Both the position numbers and the translations under genes were made by a program. From contig CBDCJO010000002.1 of the NCBI GenBank assembly GCA_965217865.1, forward strand, positions 3,904,001 through 3,968,000: 64,000 bases of DNA, in the 5' to 3' direction. This document shows positions 31,242 through 42,556 of this stretch, piece by piece; the first letter of the stretch is position 1, and each line of letters begins with the position of its first letter. The stretch is from Candidatus Latescibacterota bacterium (GTDB lineage: Bacteria > Latescibacterota > UBA2968 > SICM01). The notes below the pieces were generated by a model, which had not been told where the DNA came from, did not search any database, and saw only the letters and a program-made list of their open reading frames with translations.

Positions 31242-33862
31242 ATGGGAAATCTGTTCAGCCGTGTGTTCGACCTTCGTCGAGAGAACTTTCGTCAGGCATT
31301 CCTGATGTTCGGTGGATTGATGTGCGCTGCAGCAGCAGGCCTTTCCGCACATCGGTACGGCGCTGACGGTCACATGCGCAGCGCTTCTCCTCAGACGGCT
31401 GGGAAGTCGGTTCGCCCTCCACCGTGTGATCATTGGGTTTTCCATGTCGCTGGGCGTCATCTCACTCATCCTTCGATGGGCCCTCGTGGAAGGGCCCCCC
31501 TGGCTCACCATCCCGATCTACCTCTGGGCTGATGTCGTGGCCACCCTGGTCATCGTGCAGTTCTGGACCTTCACGGCTTCCGCGTTCAACGCGCGTGAGG
31601 CGAAACGCATCTTCGCCTTCATCGGCACCGGAGGAGCCCTCTCCGGCGCGTTGTTCGGCCTGTTGATTCGAAATTATGTGCGCGTCATCGGAACGGAGAA
31701 CCTCCTGATCGTCGGCTCCATCTTCGAAGCCCCCCCGCAGCGCCAAAAAGGCGACCCGTACTCATGCCCATGTCCGAACAATCGCTGCCATGGTGATCGT
31801 GTCGACCATCGCGGTAACGATGATCGACTACCAGTTCAAGGCCGATGCCCGTGCTCATTATCCCTCCGGGGGGGACCTTGCTTCCTTCTTCGGGATATTT
31901 TACGCCTATAACAGCGTAGCGAGTCTTATCCTGCAGGCATTCTTCGTAAGCCGAATTTTGAAGAAAGGCGGACTCCTGGTTTCGCTCATGATCCTTCCGT
32001 GCAGCCTCCTGCTGGGCTCGGGGGCCATCGTGCTTTCTTCCACCTTCGATGCGGTGGTGTTGACCAAGTTTGCCCACGTCCTTCTGTTTTTTACGATCGA
32101 CAATACGGCATTCCAGATCCTGTATCTCTCCATCCCGGTCCAGGGCCGGGGACGTGCGAAGACTCTCATCGACGGGATCTGGCGACCCATCGCACTTGGC
32201 GCCGGGGGCCTTACCCTGATTCTTGCGATCCCATTCGTTTCGATGCACCTTATCAGCATAATTGTCCTTCCTTTGATCCTTGCCTGGTCCGTCCTGGTGG
32301 TGGTTAACTTCCGGGGTTATGTGGCTTCCCTCATGGCGTCCCTGAAACAGGGGCGGTTTGACCTGTCCGGAGATGCACAGATGTCCGACGAGGCTTCCGT
32401 GGAAGTTCTGAACCGCCTGGCCGAAAGGGGAACGGACGATGAAGTGGTCTATATGTTCGAGTTGATCGAACATATGGGAGACGTGAATTGCACCCCGCAG
32501 GCCCTGGCTGTGCTGGATCGCGATTCCTCCCGGATCAAAATTCTCGCCCTGGATTACCTTCGGAAAAAGGGACATCCGGTAGCCGAAGGGGCAGTTGTGG
32601 GCTTATTGGGTCATCCGGATGCTGGGGTTCGGGCTTCCGCGACATCGGTTGTATGCCTCGGTCCGGGTTCCAAGGCCATAGAGGCTGTGAAAAACCTGCT
32701 GGAGGACCCGGACACCCGGGTCCGAGCGGAGGCCGCAGCCGGTCTTTTGCGCTGTGGACAGGAAGCGGGCAAGGCAGGGACCGTGATGAAGGCACTTGTC
32801 TCCTCAGAGAACCCTGAGGAGCGCATCTGCTCCGCTCACGCCATCGGGCATGCGGGTTCTGCGGAGCTTCAAGAGTCCCTGTTGCTGCTTCTTAACGATG
32901 ATGTTCAAGGGGTTCAATTTGCCGCATTAGAGGCATCGAAAGGGATCCCCTGTCCCGAGGCAATTCCGACGATCGTAGAGATGCTCGCAGAAGACCGCAC
33001 CTATGAGGCGGCATCCCAGGCCCTGGTCGCCCAGGGAGATGGTGGGGTTGAAGTGCTGAGGAATGCCGCGATTCACGATCCTTCAGGGGGGGGCAACCGT
33101 GCTGCGCTTCACGTACCCGGGGTACTTGCACGCATCGGGAGTCGATCGGCCTTTTCGGCCCTCAGGGAATTGTTCCAGTCAAAAGTGGATAGCCTGCGGC
33201 ACGCTGCAATCGATGCCACCTGCCGTATTATTCGGGAGCGGCCGATGCTCCAAGCCGAGGTGGGAGACCTTCAGGAACTTCTGCTGGCCGAGGTCGGGAG
33301 GACCATTGTCCTTCAGAGTTTGCGGGATGAGATGAAGGAACTGGATGGGACCGATCTGCTGGTGGAATCTCTGGAGGAGATGCGCAAGGAGTGCCTCCAC
33401 AGGGTCTTTACGTTGCTCGGGGTCCTTTATCCGAAGACCGACATGGAGGCCATCCGGCGAGGACTTTTGGAAGGCTCCCGGGAGGTCCGAGCCAACGCCG
33501 TCGAGGTGCTGGACAACACGTTAAAGGGAGTTTTGCGCGAACGTCTGTTCGCCCCTCTCATAGAACCTCCTGAGCCTACCAGGGTATCGGCTAAAAATGC
33601 AAAGGTCCGTTTGTGGTCCCTGCTGGACTGGGATAACGACTGGCTTCGGGTCTGTGCCCTCCACGCCATCGGTCGCGGGCGACTCAAAGAGGCCCTGACC
33701 GAAGTCCGGAATTCCTTGAACAGTCCGGATGCGCTCGTCCGGGAGACCGGGCTCTGGACTCTGGGACAGATAGCCGATCAAACGATGTTTGAGACCGAAC
33801 GCCGCCAACACCTCGACGATTCAGACCCTAGGGTCAGAGGACTGGCTGCTGCGATGGGATAG
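31242..33862 (+). pseudogene. Npt/TLC-like MFS transporter fused to HEAT repeats, 5' part fragmented
   Basis: QFWT...FNAREAKRIF, IDYQFK and RGRAKTLID motifs; HEAT repeats (VRAEAA); N-terminus split over ORFs 31242, 31426 and 31790. Confidence 0.75.
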
Positions 33863-33967
33863 GTGGTTGTATGGTCGTCTGGGAGGATATAGAATAGATC
33901 GGTTTTCCCACACTCCCGCACTTCCAAATCCCCAAAGTGTTCGGGGATTTGGGGGGCGCGTAGGGCA

Positions 33968-34411
33968 ATGCTTATGATGCCGACTGTTGAAAAGGTCCTG
34001 TTTCTGAAACGCGTTCCCCTGTTCTCAGGTGTCCCAACCCCGGAACTCGTACGCGTGGCGGGGATTGCAGAGGAGGTGAATTTCGAACCGGATGTTCAGA
34101 TCATCGAGGAGGGGGAGTCCGGAAGCTCAATGTTCCTGATCGTTGAGGGGGAGGTGCTGATTCATCGGGGGGACCAGCATCTTGCGACGCTGAACCCTCA
34201 GGAGTGTTTCGGAGAGATGAGCATTCTTGATCACGAACCCCGCTCCGCCTCGGCCACAGCCCTGACGGACTGCCTGCTGCTCAAGGTGGAACAGGACCAC
34301 TTTCACGACATTCTCGCACAAAACCTTGACGTTTCCCTTGCGATCATCCGGACGCTTACACGCCGGCTCAGATCGGAATCCGGGGAGGGGGAAGGGGTAG
34401 GGGGAGATTGA
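33968..34411 (+). CDS. Cyclic nucleotide-binding domain protein
   Basis: VEKVLFLKRVPLF and FGEMSILDHEPRSASATA. Confidence 0.9.
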   Translation: MLMMPTVEKVLFLKRVPLFSGVPTPELVRVAGIAEEVNFEPDVQIIEEGESGSSMFLIVEGEVLIHRGDQHLATLNPQECFGEMSILDHEPRSASATALTDCLLLKVEQDHFHDILAQNLDVSLAIIRTLTRRLRSESGEGEGVGGD

Positions 34412-34473
34412 AAATTGAATATTTTGTATATTTTGTATTGAAGATTAATGACAAAAAACCACCTCAATTTTTG

Positions 34474-34536
34474 ATTGAAGATTGAAGATTGAAGATTGAA
34501 GATTGAAGATTGAAGATTGAAGATTGAAGATTGAAG
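34474..34536 (+). repeat. Tandem heptamer repeat (ATTGAAG)x9
   Basis: Nine perfect copies, intergenic. Confidence 0.95.
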
Positions 34537-34589
34537 ACGAAAACCTCAATTCATTCAACGATTATCAATGCGCCTTGGCTGGAGGTTCC

Positions 34590-35706
34590 ATGGCTGACCT
34601 GAGGATAGCAAACACAAAGCCCGGTTTGGGTTTCCTGGGCTTATTGATTTCGGCCGTCCTGTGTATTCCCTGCAGTGTCCCGGCTCAGGACTGGGGGAGT
34701 TCCTCCGGGACATCCAAGAAGCCTACGATCAAGATCGCCGTCTTCATACAACCTGGGGATGAATTCCACCTATCGATCTCTCCGAAAGACCAGACTCCTC
34801 CTGAACACGCTGGCAATTTATATCCAATACACCGTCGGTTACCTGGAGGAGTCGAGCGGGGAAGGATTCAGGTTGGCGCGGGACCCCTCGATGATGGAGG
34901 GCCGCTACTTCATGCGAAAGGTCGCCGGTGGGGTCCGAAAAATTGAGTTCGCGGTAACGAAGCGGCCCGGGGTGGGATTCCGGATTTATGTTTATGCATC
35001 GGAGAAGGTGGAGGGCGCCTATTCGCCCAACCCGGACCTCTCCTCTGTGAGGACGAAACTCAGGGGCCTGTTAAGGGCCGTGCCGAAACAAAGCGGGCGG
35101 GTTGACCTGAAGTCGGTGCGGTATGAGACGGTCCGGCTGAGTTACGTCCACTCCGATCGGGTGATTGCCCTCCTCAAAGCGCTCGGATACAGCACCGTGG
35201 AGTATTCGCAGAAGGCTGGGGAGACGATTTACGATAAGGTCTATACCCCGGTCCCCTCCTCCAATAAAAAACTGCCGGTTGTCATCAAGTTGATCGATAC
35301 CCCAAAGACGAGCCTGATGGACGCCCCGCCCAAAGGCGCGTCGCCGGCAAAAACCCGCGCATCGGGTAAGGCGTCGGTGGCGGCTCTGGGCGGATCGTTC
35401 CTGCACCAGTTGACGGGGGGAGACCCGCTGCAGCGTCTGCTGATCGCTTACGACGAGGATGACCCCCAATCGCTGGACGCCCTGATCCGCCTGATCCGGG
35501 AGAAGATCGACCTCCCCTCACAGCAGATCGTGATAGAGGTTCTGGTGGTCGAGGTGAACACCGACCGGCTCCGGGACATCGGGATCGATATAGATCGGAT
35601 GCAGAAGAATTTCGAGTTCACTTTCGAGGATGTGACGGGCGGGGACCGGCCCTTCACGGGGGAGAAATATCCGTTGCGTCCGATCAAGCGGCAGGAACGA
35701 CGGTAA
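34590..35706 (+). pseudogene. Secretin (GspD/PilQ-like) N-terminal fragment
   Basis: Signal peptide in ORF 34524, frame change near 34760, ends shortly after IDLPSQQIVIEVLVVEV...LRDIGID (start of the secretin barrel). Confidence 0.6.
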
Positions 35707-35883
35707 CCGTTAAGTTTCCACAGGTGGATGAAATTGAGAATTGAGGATTAGAATTGGGGATTCAGGATTCAGGAGAAGATCAAAGGAAACAGATGAACAG
35801 ACCGCGATCTTTTTCCCTTCCCTGAAAACTTCACGAAATATTTGGGATTAACCGTCAATCTTAAATCATCATTATTCAATTCC

Positions 35884-37938
35884 ATGAATTGGTATCAAAC
35901 ACAGGCTTTCAGGTATATGTTTTTCGGGGCGCTTTTCGGTTGCTGTTTTCCGATCTGCGCTACACTTATCGACGTCATCCTGATTAGAAAGCTTGAACTG
36001 ATCCCGGCTAATATTTCGTTTGTACAAGGGAGCCAGATGCTTCACTGGATTATCGATACCGCTCCGATTATTCTGGGGATATTCGCTTGGATAGCCGGAA
36101 AGCGTCAGGATGACATTTTCAGGTTGAATTCGGAACTCAAGCGAGAATTCGAAAAGCATTCGTCCGAGTTGAGTGGGGCAAACCGGAAACTGGAAGAAGA
36201 GCGAGATCGGGTACAACTCCACGCAAAGTTTCCCGACGAAAATCCCAACCCGGTTTTGAGGATTGACAGCAAATACGAGATTCTGTACGCCAATCGGCCT
36301 GGTCATGCGCTTTTGGAGAATTTGCAGAGCGATAAGGGTTTGCCCGGAAGCTGGGACCAGGTGGTTGCTGAGGCCATAGAAACCGGAAAAAGCCGGGAAA
36401 TCGAGGTTTCCTGTATGGGGCGAACGGTTTCGCTGATTTTTACACCCGGACAGGATATGGGCTATGTGAATGTGTATGGAAGGGATATCACAGCTCGGAA
36501 AAAAGTGGAACAGGAACTGCAACACGCCAAGGAGGTAGCCGAAGCGGCTAACCTCGCAAAGAGCGAATTTCTGGCGAACATGAGCCACGAGATCCGGACG
36601 CCGATGAACGCCATTCTGGGCTACACACAGATTCTGGAAAGCGACCCTGAACTGTCAGAAGACCAACGCAGGGTGGTCGAGACCGTCGGACAGAGCGGAA
36701 GGCACCTGCTGGAATTGATCAACAACATCCTGGACATTTCGAAGATCGAGGCCGGCCGCGAAGAGTTCCATAGGACGGTTTTCAGCCTGCACGGAATGAT
36801 GCAGGAACTGGGGGCCATGTTCGAGGAACGCTGCCGGCAGAAAGACATGGGCTGGCAGTTGGAAGAGGACACCCCGGACCACGGGGTATACGGAGATGAG
36901 CACAAGCTCCGGCAGGTGCTGATTAATTTGCTGGGAAATGCCGTAAAATTCACGGAACAGGGTGGCTTGGTCCTAAAGGTAAAAACGTGCGGGGAGGATC
37001 GGTACTCTTTCGAAGTGTCAGACACCGGACCCGGCATTAGGGGAGATCGGCAAGCGGAGATTTTCGAGCCTTTTCAACAGGATACTGAGGGTTTGCGGAA
37101 GGGTGGAACAGGGCTGGGACTTGCGATTGCGCGCCGGCATGTGAAGATCATGGGCGGGGAATTGGGTCTGGATTCTGCTCCTGAAGAGGGTGCAAGATTC
37201 TTCTTTACATTGTTGTTGCCCGCTGCGAAGCAGCGGCCGAAGCAGGCTTACGTGGGGACGGATCGGGACTGGTCTCTGGTTGATCGTTTGTCCGAGGGAC
37301 AGGTTGTTCGTGCCCTTATTGTGGATGATGTTGCATCGAACCGAGATATCCTGGAGCGGATCCTGAGCATGATCGGTGTGGAGACCGACACTGCCGAAAG
37401 CGGAGAACAGGGATTGGTGAAGGTGCGCGCAAAGCGTCCGAATATCGTGTTTATGGATATCCGGATGCCGGGCGGGATGAACGGGGTGGAGACGATGGAA
37501 AGGCTTCACGAAGAACACGGGAGGCATGCGATGAAGATCGTTGCCGTGACCGCGTCGGTGTTTGAAGATCAGCGTCAACGGTTTATGACCGCGGGTTTCG
37601 ACGGTTTTATCGACAAGCCCCTTCGCGTAGAGCAGGTCTACAAATGTATTGGAGAACAACTGGGTGTCGAGTTCGACTTCGAAGAGGCTGAACCCATCGG
37701 CTCGACTGCGGACGCCGTGGATTGGCAGGAGGTCTCCCTTCCTTCGGATCTGTATGACCGGCTGCTTTCCGCAGCCGACGCCCACAGCATCACGGATTTG
37801 CGAAGGCATATCGACGCTGTCGAGGCATTGGGTGGAGGGGGGAAGGGATTGGCCGCGCACCTTCGTGAGTTAAGCCGGCAGTTCGACATGGACGCGATCA
37901 AGAATGTCCTGGATAACATCAACGCAAAACAATCTTGA
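35884..37938 (+). CDS. Hybrid sensor histidine kinase (TM-PAS-HisKA-HATPase-REC)
   Basis: [32 protein letters not shown] and FMDIRMP. Confidence 0.93.
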   Translation: MNWYQTQAFRYMFFGALFGCCFPICATLIDVILIRKLELIPANISFVQGSQMLHWIIDTAPIILGIFAWIAGKRQDDIFRLNSELKREFEKHSSELSGANRKLEEERDRVQLHAKFPDENPNPVLRIDSKYEILYANRPGHALLENLQSDKGLPGSWDQVVAEAIETGKSREIEVSCMGRTVSLIFTPGQDMGYVNVYGRDITARKKVEQELQHAKEVAEAANLAKSEFLANMSHEIRTPMNAILGYTQILESDPELSEDQRRVVETVGQSGRHLLELINNILDISKIEAGREEFHRTVFSLHGMMQELGAMFEERCRQKDMGWQLEEDTPDHGVYGDEHKLRQVLINLLGNAVKFTEQGGLVLKVKTCGEDRYSFEVSDTGPGIRGDRQAEIFEPFQQDTEGLRKGGTGLGLAIARRHVKIMGGELGLDSAPEEGARFFFTLLLPAAKQRPKQAYVGTDRDWSLVDRLSEGQVVRALIVDDVASNRDILERILSMIGVETDTAESGEQGLVKVRAKRPNIVFMDIRMPGGMNGVETMERLHEEHGRHAMKIVAVTASVFEDQRQRFMTAGFDGFIDKPLRVEQVYKCIGEQLGVEFDFEEAEPIGSTADAVDWQEVSLPSDLYDRLLSAADAHSITDLRRHIDAVEALGGGGKGLAAHLRELSRQFDMDAIKNVLDNINAKQS

Positions 37939-38195
37939 GGAATGGAAGTTGAAATTTCAAATGCTTATAATTAAAGACAATTCTCTGATTCCAAAGGCCG
38001 GGCGATCGTTTGTGTTCAGGTTAACATTGACTATTGAATATGGTTGGATCCAACCGACCGATCCGAATGGCTGACTGTTTTCCGTGAAAAGGGTTAGGCT
38101 AAGCGGGGGACCTTTACTCGAGAAAACGGTGGTTTACCTGAAACAATTAAAAGAATTCACAGGTCACGCAGAAGTATCCCGAACAGGAACGGATA

Positions 38196-41155
38196 ATGGA
38201 CAAATCCACCATCGATATTCTCTGGGTTACGGTGTGCGCCAGCCTTGTGTTCCTGATGCAGGGGGGGTTTCTATGCCTCGAAACGGGGCTGACGCGCAGC
38301 AAGAATAACATCAACGTGGCCGTAAAGAACCTGATGGACCTGGGGATCTCCGTGACCCTGTACTGGGTGGTCGGTTACGGGCTCATGTACGGAGCCTCGA
38401 ATGGAGGTTGGGTCGGGTCCACAGATTTTATTCCGGACCTGAGTCGGGGAGGTGCGTGGTTGGCCGTCTTCCTCCTTTTCGGGGCCATGTTCTGTGGCAC
38501 AGCAGTGACGATCGTTTCCGGCGCCGTAGCGGAACGGTTGAGGTTTGCCGGGTATATCGTTGTGGCCGTGGTCGGTTCGAGTCTTATCTATCCGGTCTTC
38601 GGCCACTGGGCCTGGAACGGCATAGACACAGGCTCGGCAACCGGCTGGCTCGGCATCAGTGGTTTTATCGATTTTGCCGGCTCGACGGTGGTTCATAGTG
38701 TGGGGGGATGGATCTCCCTAGCCATCCTGCTGATCATCGGCCCCCGTACGGGCCGTTTCCCTATAGACGGGGCTCCAAGGAAGATTCCGGGAGCCAACCT
38801 GCCAACTGCAACGCTTGGAGTTCTCCTGTTGTGGCTGGGTTGGTTCGGTTTCAACGGTGGCAGCACCCTTGCTATGAACGATCAGGTACCCCCTATCATC
38901 GCCAACACGGTGTTTGCCGGGGCCGGGGGTCTTGTGATGGCTGTGACTGTAGGTTGGCTGACGCGGTGGGCGCAGTTCCCGTTCATCTGGGGGCAGGCAT
39001 ATGGGGTACGCTGGCGGTCGCCCTATTCGGGGAGCCCGATCCTTTGGGGACCGGGCTCGGTTTTTGGGACCAGCTTCAGGCGCAAATTCTGTGCATCGTT
39101 GCGTGTGGTTTCTGGACATTCGGGATCACGTACGCGGTATTTCACGTGATCAACCGCTTCTTTCCGCTCCGTGTCACGCCAGAGGAGGAACACATCGGCC
39201 TGAATGTTTCAGAACATGGGGCGACCACCGAGCTCCTGGATCTATTCCAGGTCATGGACCGCCAATCGAAGACGGGAGCATTGGACCTCCGGGTGCCGGT
39301 CGAGCCGTTTACAGAAGTCGGACAGATCGCTCAGCGGTATAATCTCGTCATGTAGGCGCTGGAAAAGGCCACTGCCCGAACGGAAGCCATCGTAAGAACG
39401 GCCATGGACGGTATTGTTACCTTTGCCAAGGGAACGCTGTCCGTGATTACTTTAAATCCCGCAGCCGAGGTGATCTTCGGTATTCGGGAAGCCCATATGC
39501 TACGCCAGCCCGTAACGAACCTCATCGGAGGGACACGGGGAGGATCAGAAGAACCGGAAACCGGGCAGCTTGAAACCAGCATCTCGAAGATGGCGTCCCA
39601 TGACACCTACCAAGTGATGACAGGAAAGCGTGCGGACGGATCGACGTTTCCCATGGAAATGATGGTGACCGAGGCAAAGGCAGGCAACGACCGGTTTTAT
39701 GTGGGGACATTTCGAGACATCACTGAGCGCAGTCAGACTGAAGGTGAGTTGGTGCAGGCCAAAGAGGACGCGGAAGCCGCTAACCGGACGAAGAGCCTTT
39801 TCCTGGCCAACATGAGCCATGAGATCCGTACGCCGATGAATGCGATTCTCGGCTATGCCCAGATCATGGACGGCGCGGCGGATCTGTCCGAACGACATCG
39901 CGTGGCGGTGAAGACTGTTCGGGAAAGCGGGGAGCATCTCCTGGGGCTGATCAACCAAATTCTCGACATATCAAAGATCGAAGCCGGGCGGGAGCAGCTG
40001 ACTCTTTCCGACATCGATCTCAGGGATCTTCTGGAAGGGCTGGGCAGGATGTTCGAAATGCGCTGCCGCGAGAAAAACCTGGGATGGAGAATGGAAATGG
40101 ATGTCCCCAGGAAGCAGGTCTACGGAGATGAAGGGAAGCTTCGGCAGGTGTTGATCAACCTGCTTGGCAACGCGGTAAAGTTTACACAGGACGGCGAGGT
40201 GCACCTTCGGGCAAAATCGCAGGGAGACGAGGTGACGTTCGAGGTCTCCGACACGGGTCCCGGGATTTCCCCGGATCAGCGTGCTGCGATTTTCGAGCCG
40301 TTTCAACAGGGAGAACTGGACCCACACCATGCGGGCACGGGATTGGGTCTGGCCATCTCGCATCGCTATGTGGAGATGATGGGAGGACGGCTGGCGTTCG
40401 ATTCCTCAACGGAGGGGGGTGCCAGGTTTTTCTTTACGCTGGCGCTTCGACAAGGGAGGGAGTCACCAAGACGAGGGACTTCGATCGACTGGGCCCGGGT
40501 CAAAGGCCTGGCCGAGGGACATTCCGTCCGGGCCCTGGTGGTAGACGATGTGGCGACGAATCGAGACATTCTCACGGAGTTGTTGGCTAAGATAGGAGTA
40601 TCCGTTCGGACGGCGGACGGCGGGACTCAGGCGCTGGAACTCATTCGCAGCGAGATGCCCGACATGGTCTTTCTGGATATTCGAATGCCGGGGATGGACG
40701 GCCCGGAAGTACTCCGGCGCATTCTGGACGAATATGGCCCGGATGCGACCAAGGTGGTTGTCGTAACGGCTTCGGTTTTCGCACATCAGCGTAAGGAATT
40801 AATGGAGACGGGCTTCAACGGTTTTATCGACAAGCCGGTGCGGGCAGAGCAGATCTACGAGGCCATGGCGAAACATCTGGGGGTCCAGTACGAAGTCGCA
40901 GAAATCGTGGAAAAGTCCGCAGACCCGGCAAAGTCCGACTGGTCGACTGTCCCATTGCCCCCGGAACTGCATCGGGAGATGGTAACGGCGGTGGAATCGC
41001 ACAACATCACACAACTTCGTAAGCAAATGGATACACTTGCGGGCATGGGCGATGAGGAGGGCATGCTGGCAGGGCATTTGCGCGACCTGGCGAAGGAATA
41101 TGACTTGGAGGGGATCAGGGTGGTTCTGGATGAAATCAAGACGACCCAGAAATAA
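38196..41155 (+). pseudogene. amt: Ammonium transporter fused to PAS hybrid histidine kinase (disrupted as assembled)
   Basis: Amt motifs (FLMQGGF, DFAGSTVVH, WFGFNGGS, DAVGAVPVH, EEEHIGLN) then PAS-HisKA-HATPase-REC; deletion/frameshift near 38960 and in-frame TAG at 39353. Confidence 0.8.
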
Positions 41156-41411
41156 CTCCACCCCAAACCGGAATCGGGAAATCGGGGAGTGGAGAAGGGA
41201 GGGAGGAAAGAAAAAATGTTGGATGCACGGGAGAGCGAGTTACAGTACGGAAATATGGGGAGTATAGATGTTGATCGATTCAGGCTTAACGAGAATACGG
41301 TTCACTTTTTTTACGATGATTTGAAGGGCAGAACTTATACAACCGGCTGCGGTCCGGATAAAGCAGAAAAAGTAGAAGGGACAACATCACCCACATAAAG
41401 CGAGAAATATT

Positions 41412-42482
41412 ATGTATAAAACAATCATCGATCTTACCGGCGCAAGGGTTCTCATCGTCGATGACCTTCCGGCCAACTTAGACGTCCTGAGTCAGGCCCT
41501 GGAAGACACCGGTTACAATGTGCAGGTGGCTACCGACGGCCAGACCGCGATCAATGTGGCCGTACGGACCACCCCGGACCTGATCCTGCTGGACGTGATG
41601 ATGCCCGGCATCGACGGGTACGAGACCTGCCGCCGTCTCAAGGCGGACCAGATCACGCAGGAGATCCCGGTGATTTTCCTCACCGCCCAGGGAGAGCTCG
41701 AAGGCGTCCTTGATGGGTTCCAGTCGGGTGGAGTGGATTACATCTCCAAGCCCTTCCAGAAAGAGGAAGTCCTCATCCGCACCCATCTGGAACGGGCGCG
41801 CCTGGCACAGGAACTTGCGGAAAGAAACAGGGAACTGGCCGACTTGAACGCTCACCTCGAAGAAAGGGTCGAAGAGCGAACGCTGGAACTCATGCAGAAT
41901 TTACATGAATTGGAAGGTAAGGACCGGATCGCCCAGCATCTATTGACCTACCATAAACTGGACGAGACGCTGGAACTGGTTCTGGAGGTGATCTCAAGCG
42001 TCACCGGGCTGGATAAAGCCGTGATTTACCTCATGGAAGATAACCACCTTAAGCCGGCAGCAGGGATCGGGGTTTTTGAGCCTGGAAAGCTTGTTGACCG
42101 CGGAAAGTTGGAGGGGCTCGACCGTTCACGTGTTCACCAGGAGGCCTTTGAAACTGTCCGGGAGAGCAAGAAACCGGTTAATATAAAATCACCCGAGGCC
42201 GCCGTCAAGGCGCCCTATGCGCTGGTACCTATTCTCCACGGCGATGAACTGATAGGCTTGATCGAGGTGGGGAATCACCTGGATAAGGAACCGGTCCCGG
42301 ACGATTCGCTTCAGACCCTGGAGAGTTTTTCCCTGCAGGCGGCCGTGGCCATCAGCGACGCGAAGATCCAGCAGGACTCCGGCCGGTGGAAGGATCAGCT
42401 CGAAGAAGCGCTCAAGCTCGACGAGGTACTGGAGAACGTGGATCAGCTCGATGATCTGGCCGGGGAAAAGGGGACTGACTAA
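41412..42482 (+). CDS. Response regulator with C-terminal GAF domain
   Basis: LIVDD, LLDVMMPGIDG and KPF; GAF-like C-terminus (ALVPILHGDELIGLIEV). Confidence 0.88.
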   Translation: MYKTIIDLTGARVLIVDDLPANLDVLSQALEDTGYNVQVATDGQTAINVAVRTTPDLILLDVMMPGIDGYETCRRLKADQITQEIPVIFLTAQGELEGVLDGFQSGGVDYISKPFQKEEVLIRTHLERARLAQELAERNRELADLNAHLEERVEERTLELMQNLHELEGKDRIAQHLLTYHKLDETLELVLEVISSVTGLDKAVIYLMEDNHLKPAAGIGVFEPGKLVDRGKLEGLDRSRVHQEAFETVRESKKPVNIKSPEAAVKAPYALVPILHGDELIGLIEVGNHLDKEPVPDDSLQTLESFSLQAAVAISDAKIQQDSGRWKDQLEEALKLDEVLENVDQLDDLAGEKGTD

Positions 42483-42556
42483 GAAAATAAGTAACTAAAA
42501 AAGTATGGGGAGTGTGGGTAGTATGGGTGAGAAATAAAGTATGGAAGTATGGAAGT

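Noticed and set aside
34474-34536. Possible CRISPR array
   Set aside because: Contiguous 7-mers with no spacers; no cas genes in the window
41189-41398. Small ORF between kinase and response regulator
   Set aside because: No recognisable motif; cannot be supported from sequence alone
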